NCBI GenBank assembly: GCA_040755995.1
Contig: JBFMAF010000049.1
Location: forward strand, 64,001 to 128,000
Source of the DNA: Acidobacteriota bacterium
Lineage (GTDB): Bacteria; Acidobacteriota; CAIWXX01
Reading direction: 5' to 3'
DNA: 64,000 bases
Part shown: in pieces, positions 28,807 through 38,606 of the stretch
How positions within the stretch are numbered: the stretch's first letter is position 1
Layout: the number at the start of each line of letters is the position of its first letter
Position numbers and translations under genes: made by a program
The notes under the pieces: model-generated
The model's input: only the letters and a program-made list of their open reading frames with translations
What the model was told of the DNA's origin: nothing
Databases searched by the model: none

Positions 28807-30129
28807 TCATGGGCCTACACCCACTTCTCGCCGGATCTCCGCCGCGAGTGCCTGCGCCATGCCCTCAATCTCCGCCTGGTCCTCGCCCTCGATCATGACC
28901 CGCGCGAGCATCTCCGTGCCCGAATACCGCAGCACCAGGCGTCCCCGGTTTCGCAGCCGCCGCTCGACCTCTTGCATGTACGCCCTCACAGCCGGAAGCT
29001 TACCGAAATCACGCTTCTCGCGAACCGGCACGTTCAGGAGCACCTGCGGGAACTTCTTCATGGGGGCGCACAGGCCGGAGAGGGGCAGATCCGTCGCGGA
29101 GAGCAGCGAAGCTACTACGATTGTAGTAAGGAGTCCGTCTCCGGCCGGCTGCAGGTCCAGGCGGATCGTGTGCCCCGACTGCTCGCCGCCGAGCACCGAC
29201 CCGCGGCGGTCCATCTCGGCCAGCACGTAGCGATCGCCGACCGGAGTCTTGGCCAGGCCGATGCCGCGGTCGGAAAGGGCCGCGTCGAGGCCCATGTTCG
29301 CCATGACGGTGGTGACGACAAGGTTGCCCCGCAGCAGCCCGGCGCGGTGGAGGTGGTCGGCGACCAGGAAGAGCGTGTAGTCGCCGTCGCGCACGACGCC
29401 GGTCTCGTCGACGAAGATCGCGCGGTCGCCGTCGCCGTCGAGCGCGGCGCCGAGGTCTGCGCCGGTTTCGGCGACGCGCTGCTGGAGTGCGCCGGGGTGC
29501 AACGAGCCGCAATCGCGATTGATGTTCCTTCCGTCCGGGGCATCGTGAACGAAGCTCGCACCCAGGCCGTCGAAGAGGCGGTGCGCAGCCTCAGAAGAGG
29601 CTCCGTTCGCGCAATCCACCACGATTCGGATCGGACGGGCAATCGAGAGGTGGGTTTGCAGGCCGGCGACATAGTCGTCGAGGAACCTCGAATCCGCCTT
29701 CGGTCGCGGATGGGATATCGAGCCTGGTGAACCGCCGCTGCGCGCGGCGCCCAGACGCTCCTCGATCGCCGACTCCACCTCGTCCGGGAGCTTCCGGCCG
29801 TCCGGACCGAAGATCTTTATCCCGTTGTCATCGAAGGGATTGTGGGAGGCGGAGACAGACACGGCGGCGTCGAAGCCGTATTTCTGAGCCAGCGTTGACG
29901 CCGCCGGCGTCGGCAGCGTGCCGCCGGGTACTGCCTCTCCTCCGCCTCTCTCTATCCCGGCGGCGAGCGCCGTGTAGATGGCACAGGAGCTCTCCCGCGT
30001 GTCCCAGCAGATGAGAATGCGCCGGCGCGGCGCCGCGAGAAGCTCGCCCAACGCGTTGAGCGTCTCATCGTCCAGCGGATATACCCCCGCTTTGCCTCGA
30101 ATCCCGTCCGTTCCGAAAAGCCTCTCCAT
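28807..30129 (-). CDS. glmM: Phosphoglucosamine mutase
   Basis: FGTDGIRG, SASHNP, DGDGDR, GGEQSGH, RYSGTE. Confidence 0.95.
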   Translation of the reverse strand: MERLFGTDGIRGKAGVYPLDDETLNALGELLAAPRRRILICWDTRESSCAIYTALAAGIERGGGEAVPGGTLPTPAASTLAQKYGFDAAVSVSASHNPFDDNGIKIFGPDGRKLPDEVESAIEERLGAARSGGSPGSISHPRPKADSRFLDDYVAGLQTHLSIARPIRIVVDCANGASSEAAHRLFDGLGASFVHDAPDGRNINRDCGSLHPGALQQRVAETGADLGAALDGDGDRAIFVDETGVVRDGDYTLFLVADHLHRAGLLRGNLVVTTVMANMGLDAALSDRGIGLAKTPVGDRYVLAEMDRRGSVLGGEQSGHTIRLDLQPAGDGLLTTIVVASLLSATDLPLSGLCAPMKKFPQVLLNVPVREKRDFGKLPAVRAYMQEVERRLRNRGRLVLRYSGTEMLARVMIEGEDQAEIEGMAQALAAEIRREVGVGP

Positions 30130-30201
30130 CCGTTGTCCTGCATCTGTTCTCGGATCCTGCTGTGTCGCCGGGCGTCAGGCCTGGGATCCGAAATAGAGCT
30201 C

Positions 30202-31128
30202 CTATCTTATCGTGACCCTCACCTTTTCCGGTTCCACGCTCAGCACCTTGATAGTATCATCGTCGATGGAGTCGAAAACGATCCTGGGGGCGACCGTGTG
30301 CGGTCCTGGGGAGAGACCGGCGACATCGACCAGGGCGCGCACCCGCTTCGGATCGAGGGCGCGAACCCTGGAACGGGGCCCCTGAACGCGCGCCACCACG
30401 TGGGCCGGGAATATCGCCGCCGGCGCCGGCGGAAACGCCTCCACGACGACACCCTCCAACACCCGCGCCTCCTGCTTCTCCACGACCGCTATGTCGATGC
30501 GGACCGTTGCATCGCCAACCAGCTGGCAGGACGGATCTCCTACCCTCACGGGCACGCTCTGGCTCAGCGAAGTCACTATGCCGTTGACCGACACCGCCTC
30601 GGTCGCAACGGCGCTCAGTCTCCTCACGCGTGATCGCGGGCCCCGCACAAGCACCTTGTCCGGCGACGTGCCGATCGAAACGATCTCGAATCCGTCTGCG
30701 ACTCGACCCTCGACCCTGGGCGTCACAGGCGCGAGCTTGCTGTCGCTTTCTTCGATGTCGAGATCGAAGCCGGCGGGATTAATCTTGACTACCTGGCAGC
30801 CGAATGGGAGATTGAAGTTGTCAGAGCTGAACTGGACTGCGCGCCTGCCCGGGCGGGCCGTGCGGAGGTCGATCCGCGCGGTGAGGCCCGTTTCGTTGAC
30901 GCGCCGCATCAGCGCAGAGGACGCGCGCACGCGCACCTCCACCTGGCTCGGCGGGTCGCTTGCGATCTCGAGAGTCGCCGGCATGTTGACAAACTCCACC
31001 GGCGCCCGGACAACCGCCTCGGAGGTCTCCTCGCGGGCGATGATGAACCAGAGGATCGCGGCAAGAACCAGTGAGAGCAGCTTCAGCCCTATGTTGCGCG
31101 TCGGATGAAGTGCCACTGTCCAGCTCAC
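30202..31128 (-). CDS. cdaR: CdaR/YbbR-domain protein
   Basis: NIGLKLLSLVLAAILW anchor, repeated V.VRG beta units, between cdaA and glmM. Confidence 0.85.
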   Translation of the reverse strand: MSWTVALHPTRNIGLKLLSLVLAAILWFIIAREETSEAVVRAPVEFVNMPATLEIASDPPSQVEVRVRASSALMRRVNETGLTARIDLRTARPGRRAVQFSSDNFNLPFGCQVVKINPAGFDLDIEESDSKLAPVTPRVEGRVADGFEIVSIGTSPDKVLVRGPRSRVRRLSAVATEAVSVNGIVTSLSQSVPVRVGDPSCQLVGDATVRIDIAVVEKQEARVLEGVVVEAFPPAPAAIFPAHVVARVQGPRSRVRALDPKRVRALVDVAGLSPGPHTVAPRIVFDSIDDDTIKVLSVEPEKVRVTIR

Positions 31129-31904
31129 TTGAGGCGGTCAAGGAGCTGCGCCTTGAGCTCATTTCCGCCGAGATGTCTCGCGATCTCCCCACTGCGCACC
31201 AGCGAGATGCTCCCGGTCTCCTCCGACACCACCACGACCACCGCGTCGGTCTCCTCGCTCAGACCGATTGCGGCCCGGTGGCGCGTACCGAGCTGCTTGC
31301 TCAGATGAGGATCGAGCGTGAGCGGGAGGAAACAGCCTGCCGCCGCTATCCTGTCTCCCTGGACGATTACCGCGCCGTCATGCAGTGGGGAGGACGGGTT
31401 GAAGATCGACAACAGCAGATCGTAACCCAGGTTGGCGTTGAGCACAACGCCGCCTTCGATGTAGTTCTTGAGGCCGACCTCGCGCTCCACCGCGATGATC
31501 GCACCCATCCTCTGGCTCGCCAGCGTCGTGCACGCCTGCAGTATCTCCTCCACCACGACCTCCGTCTTGGCGCGCGCGGGAGCCGGGAAGAACGGGTTTC
31601 GCCCGAAGCTTGCAAGGGCCTTCTTGATCTCCGCCTGAAACAGCACGATCACGATTATCACGATGTACGTGAAGAAGCTCCGGAGGAGCCAGTGAACGGT
31701 GGTCAGGCGGAGGAGCTGAGAGAGGTAGTAGCAGCCGACCATGACCGCGATTCCAAGGACCATTTGATAGGCGCGCGTGCCGCGAATGAGAACGAGCAGG
31801 TTGTAGATGATGACGGCGATTATCAAGATGTCGAGCACGGCCGAGGCCGAGAGCCGGGTTTCGCGGAGGAGGTCCATGGATTGCTGGAACAGTTGATCGA
31901 TCAT
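31125..31904 (-). CDS. cdaA: Diadenylate cyclase
   Basis: 3 TM helices, PLHDGA and GTRHRAA motifs. Confidence 0.95.
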   Translation of the reverse strand: MIDQLFQQSMDLLRETRLSASAVLDILIIAVIIYNLLVLIRGTRAYQMVLGIAVMVGCYYLSQLLRLTTVHWLLRSFFTYIVIIVIVLFQAEIKKALASFGRNPFFPAPARAKTEVVVEEILQACTTLASQRMGAIIAVEREVGLKNYIEGGVVLNANLGYDLLLSIFNPSSPLHDGAVIVQGDRIAAAGCFLPLTLDPHLSKQLGTRHRAAIGLSEETDAVVVVVSEETGSISLVRSGEIARHLGGNELKAQLLDRLK

Positions 31905-32758
31905 CGCGGCACGGTCTCCCCGGCGATTTCGAGCTCTCGCCAGACCGCGACGGCGCGCCGTGTGGCGGCCACGTCGTGCACGCGCAGGATGCTCGCCCCG
32001 CGCGAGGCCGCAAACAGCGCCGACGCGATGGAGCCTTCTATTCGAGCCTCCGCCACAGCCTGACCGGTGATCGCGCCGATGAACGATTTCCGGCTCGTCC
32101 CGACCGCGATGGGCCGCCCCAGTGACAGCAGCGACCCCAGGTTATGCAGGAGCCGCACGTTATCCGCGAAACCTTTCCCGAAGCCGATCCCGGGGTCTAT
32201 GACCAGGCTCGTCGTTTCGCTTCCCGCGGCGACGGCCGCCGCGATGCGAGCCCGCAGGAACTCGGTGACCTCGGCCACCACGTCGCCGTAATGCGGGTTG
32301 AGCTGCATGGTCTTAGGACTGCCCTGCATGTGCATCAAGACCAGGCCGGCCCCAGTCGAAGCTGCCAGCGGAAGCATCGCAGGTTCGCCCAACCCCGCCG
32401 TGACGTCGTTTACGATGGACGCTCCACTCCGGATTGCTTGCTGCGCCACGACCGCCCTGGACGTATCGATCGAGAGAGGGATTTTCAGCCGCCCGGCAAG
32501 CTTGTCTATCACCGGAAGCACGCGAGAGAGCTCTTCTTCCGCGCTCACGTGATCGCTCCCCGGACGCGTGCTCTCGCCGCCGATGTCGACGACGTCCGCC
32601 CCCTCCTCCTCCATCTGCAGCGCGCGCTCGACTGCGGCCTCCGCTTCCAGATACCGGCCCCCGTCTGAGAAGGAATCGGGGGTGACGTTGAGGACGCCCA
32701 TGATGCGCGGGCCTCCTGCGCCCAGGTCCCACGCGCCGCCTCGGAACAGGAAGTGCAT
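31901..32758 (-). CDS. folP: Dihydropteroate synthase
   Basis: NVTPDSFSDGG, GGESTRPG, DPGIGFGK, SRKS, RVHDV. Confidence 0.96.
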   Translation of the reverse strand: MHFLFRGGAWDLGAGGPRIMGVLNVTPDSFSDGGRYLEAEAAVERALQMEEEGADVVDIGGESTRPGSDHVSAEEELSRVLPVIDKLAGRLKIPLSIDTSRAVVAQQAIRSGASIVNDVTAGLGEPAMLPLAASTGAGLVLMHMQGSPKTMQLNPHYGDVVAEVTEFLRARIAAAVAAGSETTSLVIDPGIGFGKGFADNVRLLHNLGSLLSLGRPIAVGTSRKSFIGAITGQAVAEARIEGSIASALFAASRGASILRVHDVAATRRAVAVWRELEIAGETVPR

Positions 32759-33013
32759 CAGGCGCCTGCCAGGAGAAGGCGGCGCCGCCCTCGGCCCGCG
32801 TCTTCGCAGTTTTCGCTCATCGTATGCCCTGGTCGCGGCCGGACCGCTTCAGAGTAGCGATGGAGGCTGCGGCCGGCAAAGACGCGCGCGACCGGAGCGC
32901 CGCGGCAGCGGCGGGTCCAAGGAGACGCAGATGCATCGTCTCGCGACGGACGGCTCCGCCGCGCCGCTGTGCATCTGTCTCACGTTCAGTATGATCCGAC
33001 TCCTTCGCCGCGC

Positions 33014-34909
<1,896 letters not shown>

Positions 34910-34922
34910 GTGAATGGACCTC

Positions 34923-35444
34923 CTAGTCGTTTTCCCTCTCGGCTATGAACGGAAGGTTCCGGTAGCGGCCGTCCCGCTCGAGGCCATATCCGACCAGAAA
35001 CCCATCTGGCGCCTCGAATCCAACGTAGTCGCACTTGAACTCGACCTTCCGTTTCTGGGCCTTGTCGAGAAGGAAACAACTCTTTATAGAAGCCGGTCCC
35101 TGCAGTTCAAGTTGTCTGAGCAGGTAATCCTGCGTGATCGCCGTGTCGACGACCGTGCCCACGAGGAGCACGTGGCGGCCCTCGAGCTTCGTTTCGCTCA
35201 GGAAGTGGATTTCGGTCAGATTATGGCTCTCGCCCAGGCCGGATTCCGAAAACACCCGCACGAAGTAGCAGTCCACCGGAACCTCGATCTCACGCATCAA
35301 GTCTGCCAGGAAAACAAACGAGCTGCTCAGAATTCCAAGAGCCGTGAGTTCCTTGTCCGCATAGTCCAGGCTGATAGCCCTGCCGAGCTCCTTCACCCTC
35401 GCCGCGATCTGCTCACGACTGTATATGACCTTGAAATTGGCCAA
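34923..35444 (-). CDS. hpt: Hypoxanthine phosphoribosyltransferase-like protein, degenerate PRPP motif
   Basis: ISLDY, VFLADL, LLDK, FLVGYGL, YRNLP; directly upstream of ftsH. Confidence 0.8.
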   Translation of the reverse strand: MANFKVIYSREQIAARVKELGRAISLDYADKELTALGILSSSFVFLADLMREIEVPVDCYFVRVFSESGLGESHNLTEIHFLSETKLEGRHVLLVGTVVDTAITQDYLLRQLELQGPASIKSCFLLDKAQKRKVEFKCDYVGFEAPDGFLVGYGLERDGRYRNLPFIAEREND

Positions 35445-35689
35445 CTAACTCACACCTCCACCGGCGCTTCTCAATCGAATTATCCGCTACATGGAGAGTG
35501 AATTCAATAGCGATTTTCGCGCGACAGCGCGAAAGCTTGCGGGATTCGCACGGTTCGGCGCGACAGAACGGCGGGCCAGCAGCGCTCGCTGCGCTGGAGC
35601 AGGCTGAGCTTGCAACTGGATGTGGCGAGCAGGGGCGAGTTGCGGTCCGGTGCCAGACGAACACGGAGCCGTCGGACACCACTGGGTGT

Positions 35690-36715
35690 TTAGTACGTGC
35701 GCTCGTAGATGCGCCTGAGCTCTTCAGGAGACTGCACAGCCTCGATTGCGGCGTGCACAGTCTCCAGTACGGCCGAATCGGTGATCTTGCTGATCTCCGG
35801 GAAAAGCCGCAAGCCGTCCATGCCGAAACGCAGTTTCAACGCCAGCTCGATTCCGCGTAGCAAACCCTGGCGTACTCCGCGGGCAATGCCTTGTTCCAGG
35901 CCCTGCTCCAAGCCCTGCTCCAGGCCCTGTTCCCGGCCCTGCCTCCGGCCCTGCTCGACCCACTCTTGTGCCAATGTCGACATGATCTCACCTCCTTTGT
36001 CCTTGAACGCCTCTGTAAGGGCGGCTCGTACACTGTCCGCGTCAACCTGCCCCGCCGTTGTAACGAAATACCGCAACACAACTTCGATGTACTCGATGCC
36101 GGTCCTGCTCTCCGCGAGCCCACTCATGATCCGCAAGAGCTCAGCAAGGCGATCGGCATAGTCGTCGCGAAACACATGCTTCATCATCAACAAGGCGACG
36201 CGCAGCATCATGTCCACTCGGACCTTCTCGGGATCGAAATCCGCCAGGTCGCATAGCCAGTATGTGTACTCAGGGATGAACTGCGCCATCTCGCGTGGCG
36301 GGTCGATGATCGCCCGGAAACCGGCGGGCACGGTCCATCGTGCCCTGCCATGGTAAAGAACCACGGGCACTATCGGGCTCAGCCCCTCACCTTGCTTCAG
36401 GGAGTACTCCCATATCCTCACCATGTAGCGGAGCAGTTGGAAGGCGACCATGGCCTCCGGCTGGCTCTTGTGCTCCAGCAACACATACACGTACGCAGGC
36501 CGAGCGTTTGTGAGCCTGACCTTGTAGAGGATATCGGAGAAGTGCTCCCTGAGCGCCTGGTCGACGAATGAGTCCTTGACCAGCTCCATCGAGTCCACGT
36601 CGACCAGGGCGGCCACCCCCGCGGGCAGGAATTCTCGCAGGAAGTCGGACGCGGTCTCGCGGCGTGAGAATACCTCCTTGAAGAAGTGATCGTGCGGATT
36701 CTGCAGATCGGCCAT
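35690..36715 (-). CDS. Rpn family recombination-promoting nuclease / YhgA-like protein
   Basis: NPHDHFFK, SDILY, LLEHKS, QLLRYM, PVVLYHG, EQG repeats. Confidence 0.92.
   Translation of the reverse strand: MADLQNPHDHFFKEVFSRRETASDFLREFLPAGVAALVDVDSMELVKDSFVDQALREHFSDILYKVRLTNARPAYVYVLLEHKSQPEAMVAFQLLRYMVRIWEYSLKQGEGLSPIVPVVLYHGRARWTVPAGFRAIIDPPREMAQFIPEYTYWLCDLADFDPEKVRVDMMLRVALLMMKHVFRDDYADRLAELLRIMSGLAESRTGIEYIEVVLRYFVTTAGQVDADSVRAALTEAFKDKGGEIMSTLAQEWVEQGRRQGREQGLEQGLEQGLEQGIARGVRQGLLRGIELALKLRFGMDGLRLFPEISKITDSAVLETVHAAIEAVQSPEELRRIYERTY
35889..35960. repeat. Six imperfect 12-bp repeats encoding EQGL/EQGR in Rpn
   Basis: ccctgctccagg-type units. Confidence 0.85.
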
Positions 36716-36751
36716 GCTCTTCGTATCCTCGATGGGCGCAATCTCATTCTA

Positions 36752-36812
36752 TACAGCGCTTCATGGGTCTGCAACGGGGTTGCCAGGTCTTCGTAGCATA
36801 TGACGCCCTGCA
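36752..36812. mobile_element. MITE-like short element, copy 2
   Basis: Ends TACAGCGCTTCAT / ATGACGCCCTGCA; left half resembles 26241-26270. Confidence 0.55.
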
Positions 36813-36962
36813 TAGATCGTGACTGGAGGGGAGGGCCCCGTGCCTCATCAACCTCCTTGAGGGTGACAACTGGCCTCGAGTTGCAGCCTGGCCTCGGGGT
36901 TTCGCGCACACGCCACGAGCATCGCGCCGCTCGGAGCCGTCCCAGCGATACGCCGGTCGGAC

Positions 36963-38390
36963 CTAGGCTCCGCCACGCTGAAGACCGGGCAAGATCCGCC
37001 TGATCTCTGCAATCCTCGTGGTGCGCTCGGTGACCTTGAAGTCCTCACCGACGGGGAGACCTGCCACCCAGCAGATCCTGTCCCCGATTAGAACGACCGG
37101 AAGCCGGTCCCTCTCGTGTTCCGGCACCTTCTTGTTGATCAGCATCGTCTTGACACGTCGCGGCTCGGCCGCTCCGATCGGCCTGTAGCTATCGCCCGGC
37201 CGTCGATTCCGGACGGTCAACGTCTCACCGGCCTTGTCCAGGTCCAAGTAGCAGGCGATGCGATCGTCGAAGCGAACCTCAGCTGGAAACTGGCGTGCGT
37301 CGATCACGCCCGCCTCGATCCTCTCGCCTGTCGGGGCGATATCGAGCGCGCCCGGCACGGACAGGAGGTCACAGAAGTCCCCGACGCGTGGGCGCGCTTT
37401 CTGGATCTCGATGACCTGTCTCCTGCGGTGCACTCGAATCCGCCCCGGGAGCATGGACCGAAACCTGGACGGGCTCGAATCACTCGTGCACCAGTCGATG
37501 AGTTCAGCGACGCGTTCCGCCCCGACCGGTGAGCCCAGCGCGGCCGCAGCAAGACGGATCGCGCGGGCCAGAATCGCCGGTGAGAGTTCCTTGAAGAGTT
37601 GCCGGTCGAGTGTCACGGAGAGAGGCGAGGAGTCGAGAAGGCATCGCTGCAACGCTTTGGTCGCCTGCTGCTGAAGGAAGACTTCCTCTTGCAGCAACAC
37701 ATGCACTGCCGAGCGGGCTCGCCGTATCCCCGCCGGAAAGAGGCGGTCGATCAACGGCATCAGCTCGGCGCGGACGCGGTTCCTCGTGCGGCTCATGTCC
37801 AGGTTGGACGAGTCCATGACAAACGCGAGGGATCGCTGCTCCAGAAACCGCAGCACCTCACGCTTGCGCACGTCGATCAGCGGCCGAATCAAGTTGCCGC
37901 GAACGGGAGCGATCGAGGTCAAACCCGTGCGCCCGCTTCCACGGAAGAGCTTCATGAGCAGCGTCTCGACGAGATCGTCGGCGGTGTGTCCGAGCGCCAC
38001 CCGATCAGCTCCGGCGGCCTGCGCCGTCTCCCGCAGGAACGCCAGCCGCATGCGCCTCGCACAATCTTCGGTGTTCAGTTTCAATCGCCGAGCCTCTGCC
38101 GCTACATCACCTTCACCGGGGTAGTAGGAAGGGCCAAGCGAACTGCTGAGCTCCCGAACGAACTCCGCATCTCGATCCGCTTCGCTGCCCCGCAGCCGGT
38201 GGTTGAAGTGCGCCACGGCCACATCGACGCCCAGGCCGATGAGCAGATGCAGGAGCGCCACGGAGTCCGGGCCTCCGGAACACGCTACGAGCACCTTCGA
38301 GCCCGGAGGGATCATGTGGTGCCGCGCGATAGTGGCGCGGACCGTGTCTGAAATGCTCGGGATCTTCTTGCGTCGCGCCGGGTCAGACAT
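36963..38390 (-). CDS. tilS: tRNA(Ile)-lysidine synthetase
   Basis: SGGPDS, HFNH.LR, ARRMR, GHTADD, RPL, RNRVR, C-terminal domain. Confidence 0.95.
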   Translation of the reverse strand: MSDPARRKKIPSISDTVRATIARHHMIPPGSKVLVACSGGPDSVALLHLLIGLGVDVAVAHFNHRLRGSEADRDAEFVRELSSSLGPSYYPGEGDVAAEARRLKLNTEDCARRMRLAFLRETAQAAGADRVALGHTADDLVETLLMKLFRGSGRTGLTSIAPVRGNLIRPLIDVRKREVLRFLEQRSLAFVMDSSNLDMSRTRNRVRAELMPLIDRLFPAGIRRARSAVHVLLQEEVFLQQQATKALQRCLLDSSPLSVTLDRQLFKELSPAILARAIRLAAAALGSPVGAERVAELIDWCTSDSSPSRFRSMLPGRIRVHRRRQVIEIQKARPRVGDFCDLLSVPGALDIAPTGERIEAGVIDARQFPAEVRFDDRIACYLDLDKAGETLTVRNRRPGDSYRPIGAAEPRRVKTMLINKKVPEHERDRLPVVLIGDRICWVAGLPVGEDFKVTERTTRIAEIRRILPGLQRGGA

Positions 38391-38395
38391 GAGAT

Positions 38396-38472
38396 TGGTA
38401 GCGGTGCAGGGACTTGAACCCCGGACGCCGCGGATATGAGCCGCGTGCTCTAACCAACTGAGCTACACCGCC
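38396..38472 (-). tRNA. tRNA with CAU anticodon, probably elongator tRNA-Met
   Basis: 77-nt cloverleaf GGCGGTG...TAGCTCAG...CTCATAT...GGTTCAAGTCC...CACCGCTACCA with encoded CCA. Confidence 0.95.
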
Positions 38473-38486
38473 GTGTCGCACCACGA

Positions 38487-38515
38487 ATGGTAGTGCAACG
38501 CCCGAGGAGTGTCAA
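38487..38515 (-). promoter_or_regulatory. Putative sigma70 promoter for tRNA-tilS
   Basis: TTGACA-N17-TACCAT 14 bp upstream of the tRNA. Confidence 0.65.
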
Positions 38516-38606
38516 GGATTCGCGGAGTCAAGGAGTCAAGTCACCTCGGCGGTCCATGATCCAGCGCCAGCCGGCGGGGCCGCGGTGTCAGGCCGTGAGC
38601 TGCGCA

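Noticed and set aside
35889..35960. Repeats as a possible CRISPR array
   Set aside because: 12-bp in-frame coding repeats with no spacers.
35690..36715. Rpn as an IS element
   Set aside because: No terminal inverted repeats or target duplication seen; the family is a PD-(D/E)XK nuclease, not a demonstrated transposase.
38396..38472. Initiator tRNA or integration site
   Set aside because: Lacks the C1 mismatch and the three consecutive G-C anticodon-stem pairs of fMet; no duplicated 3' end or integrase seen.
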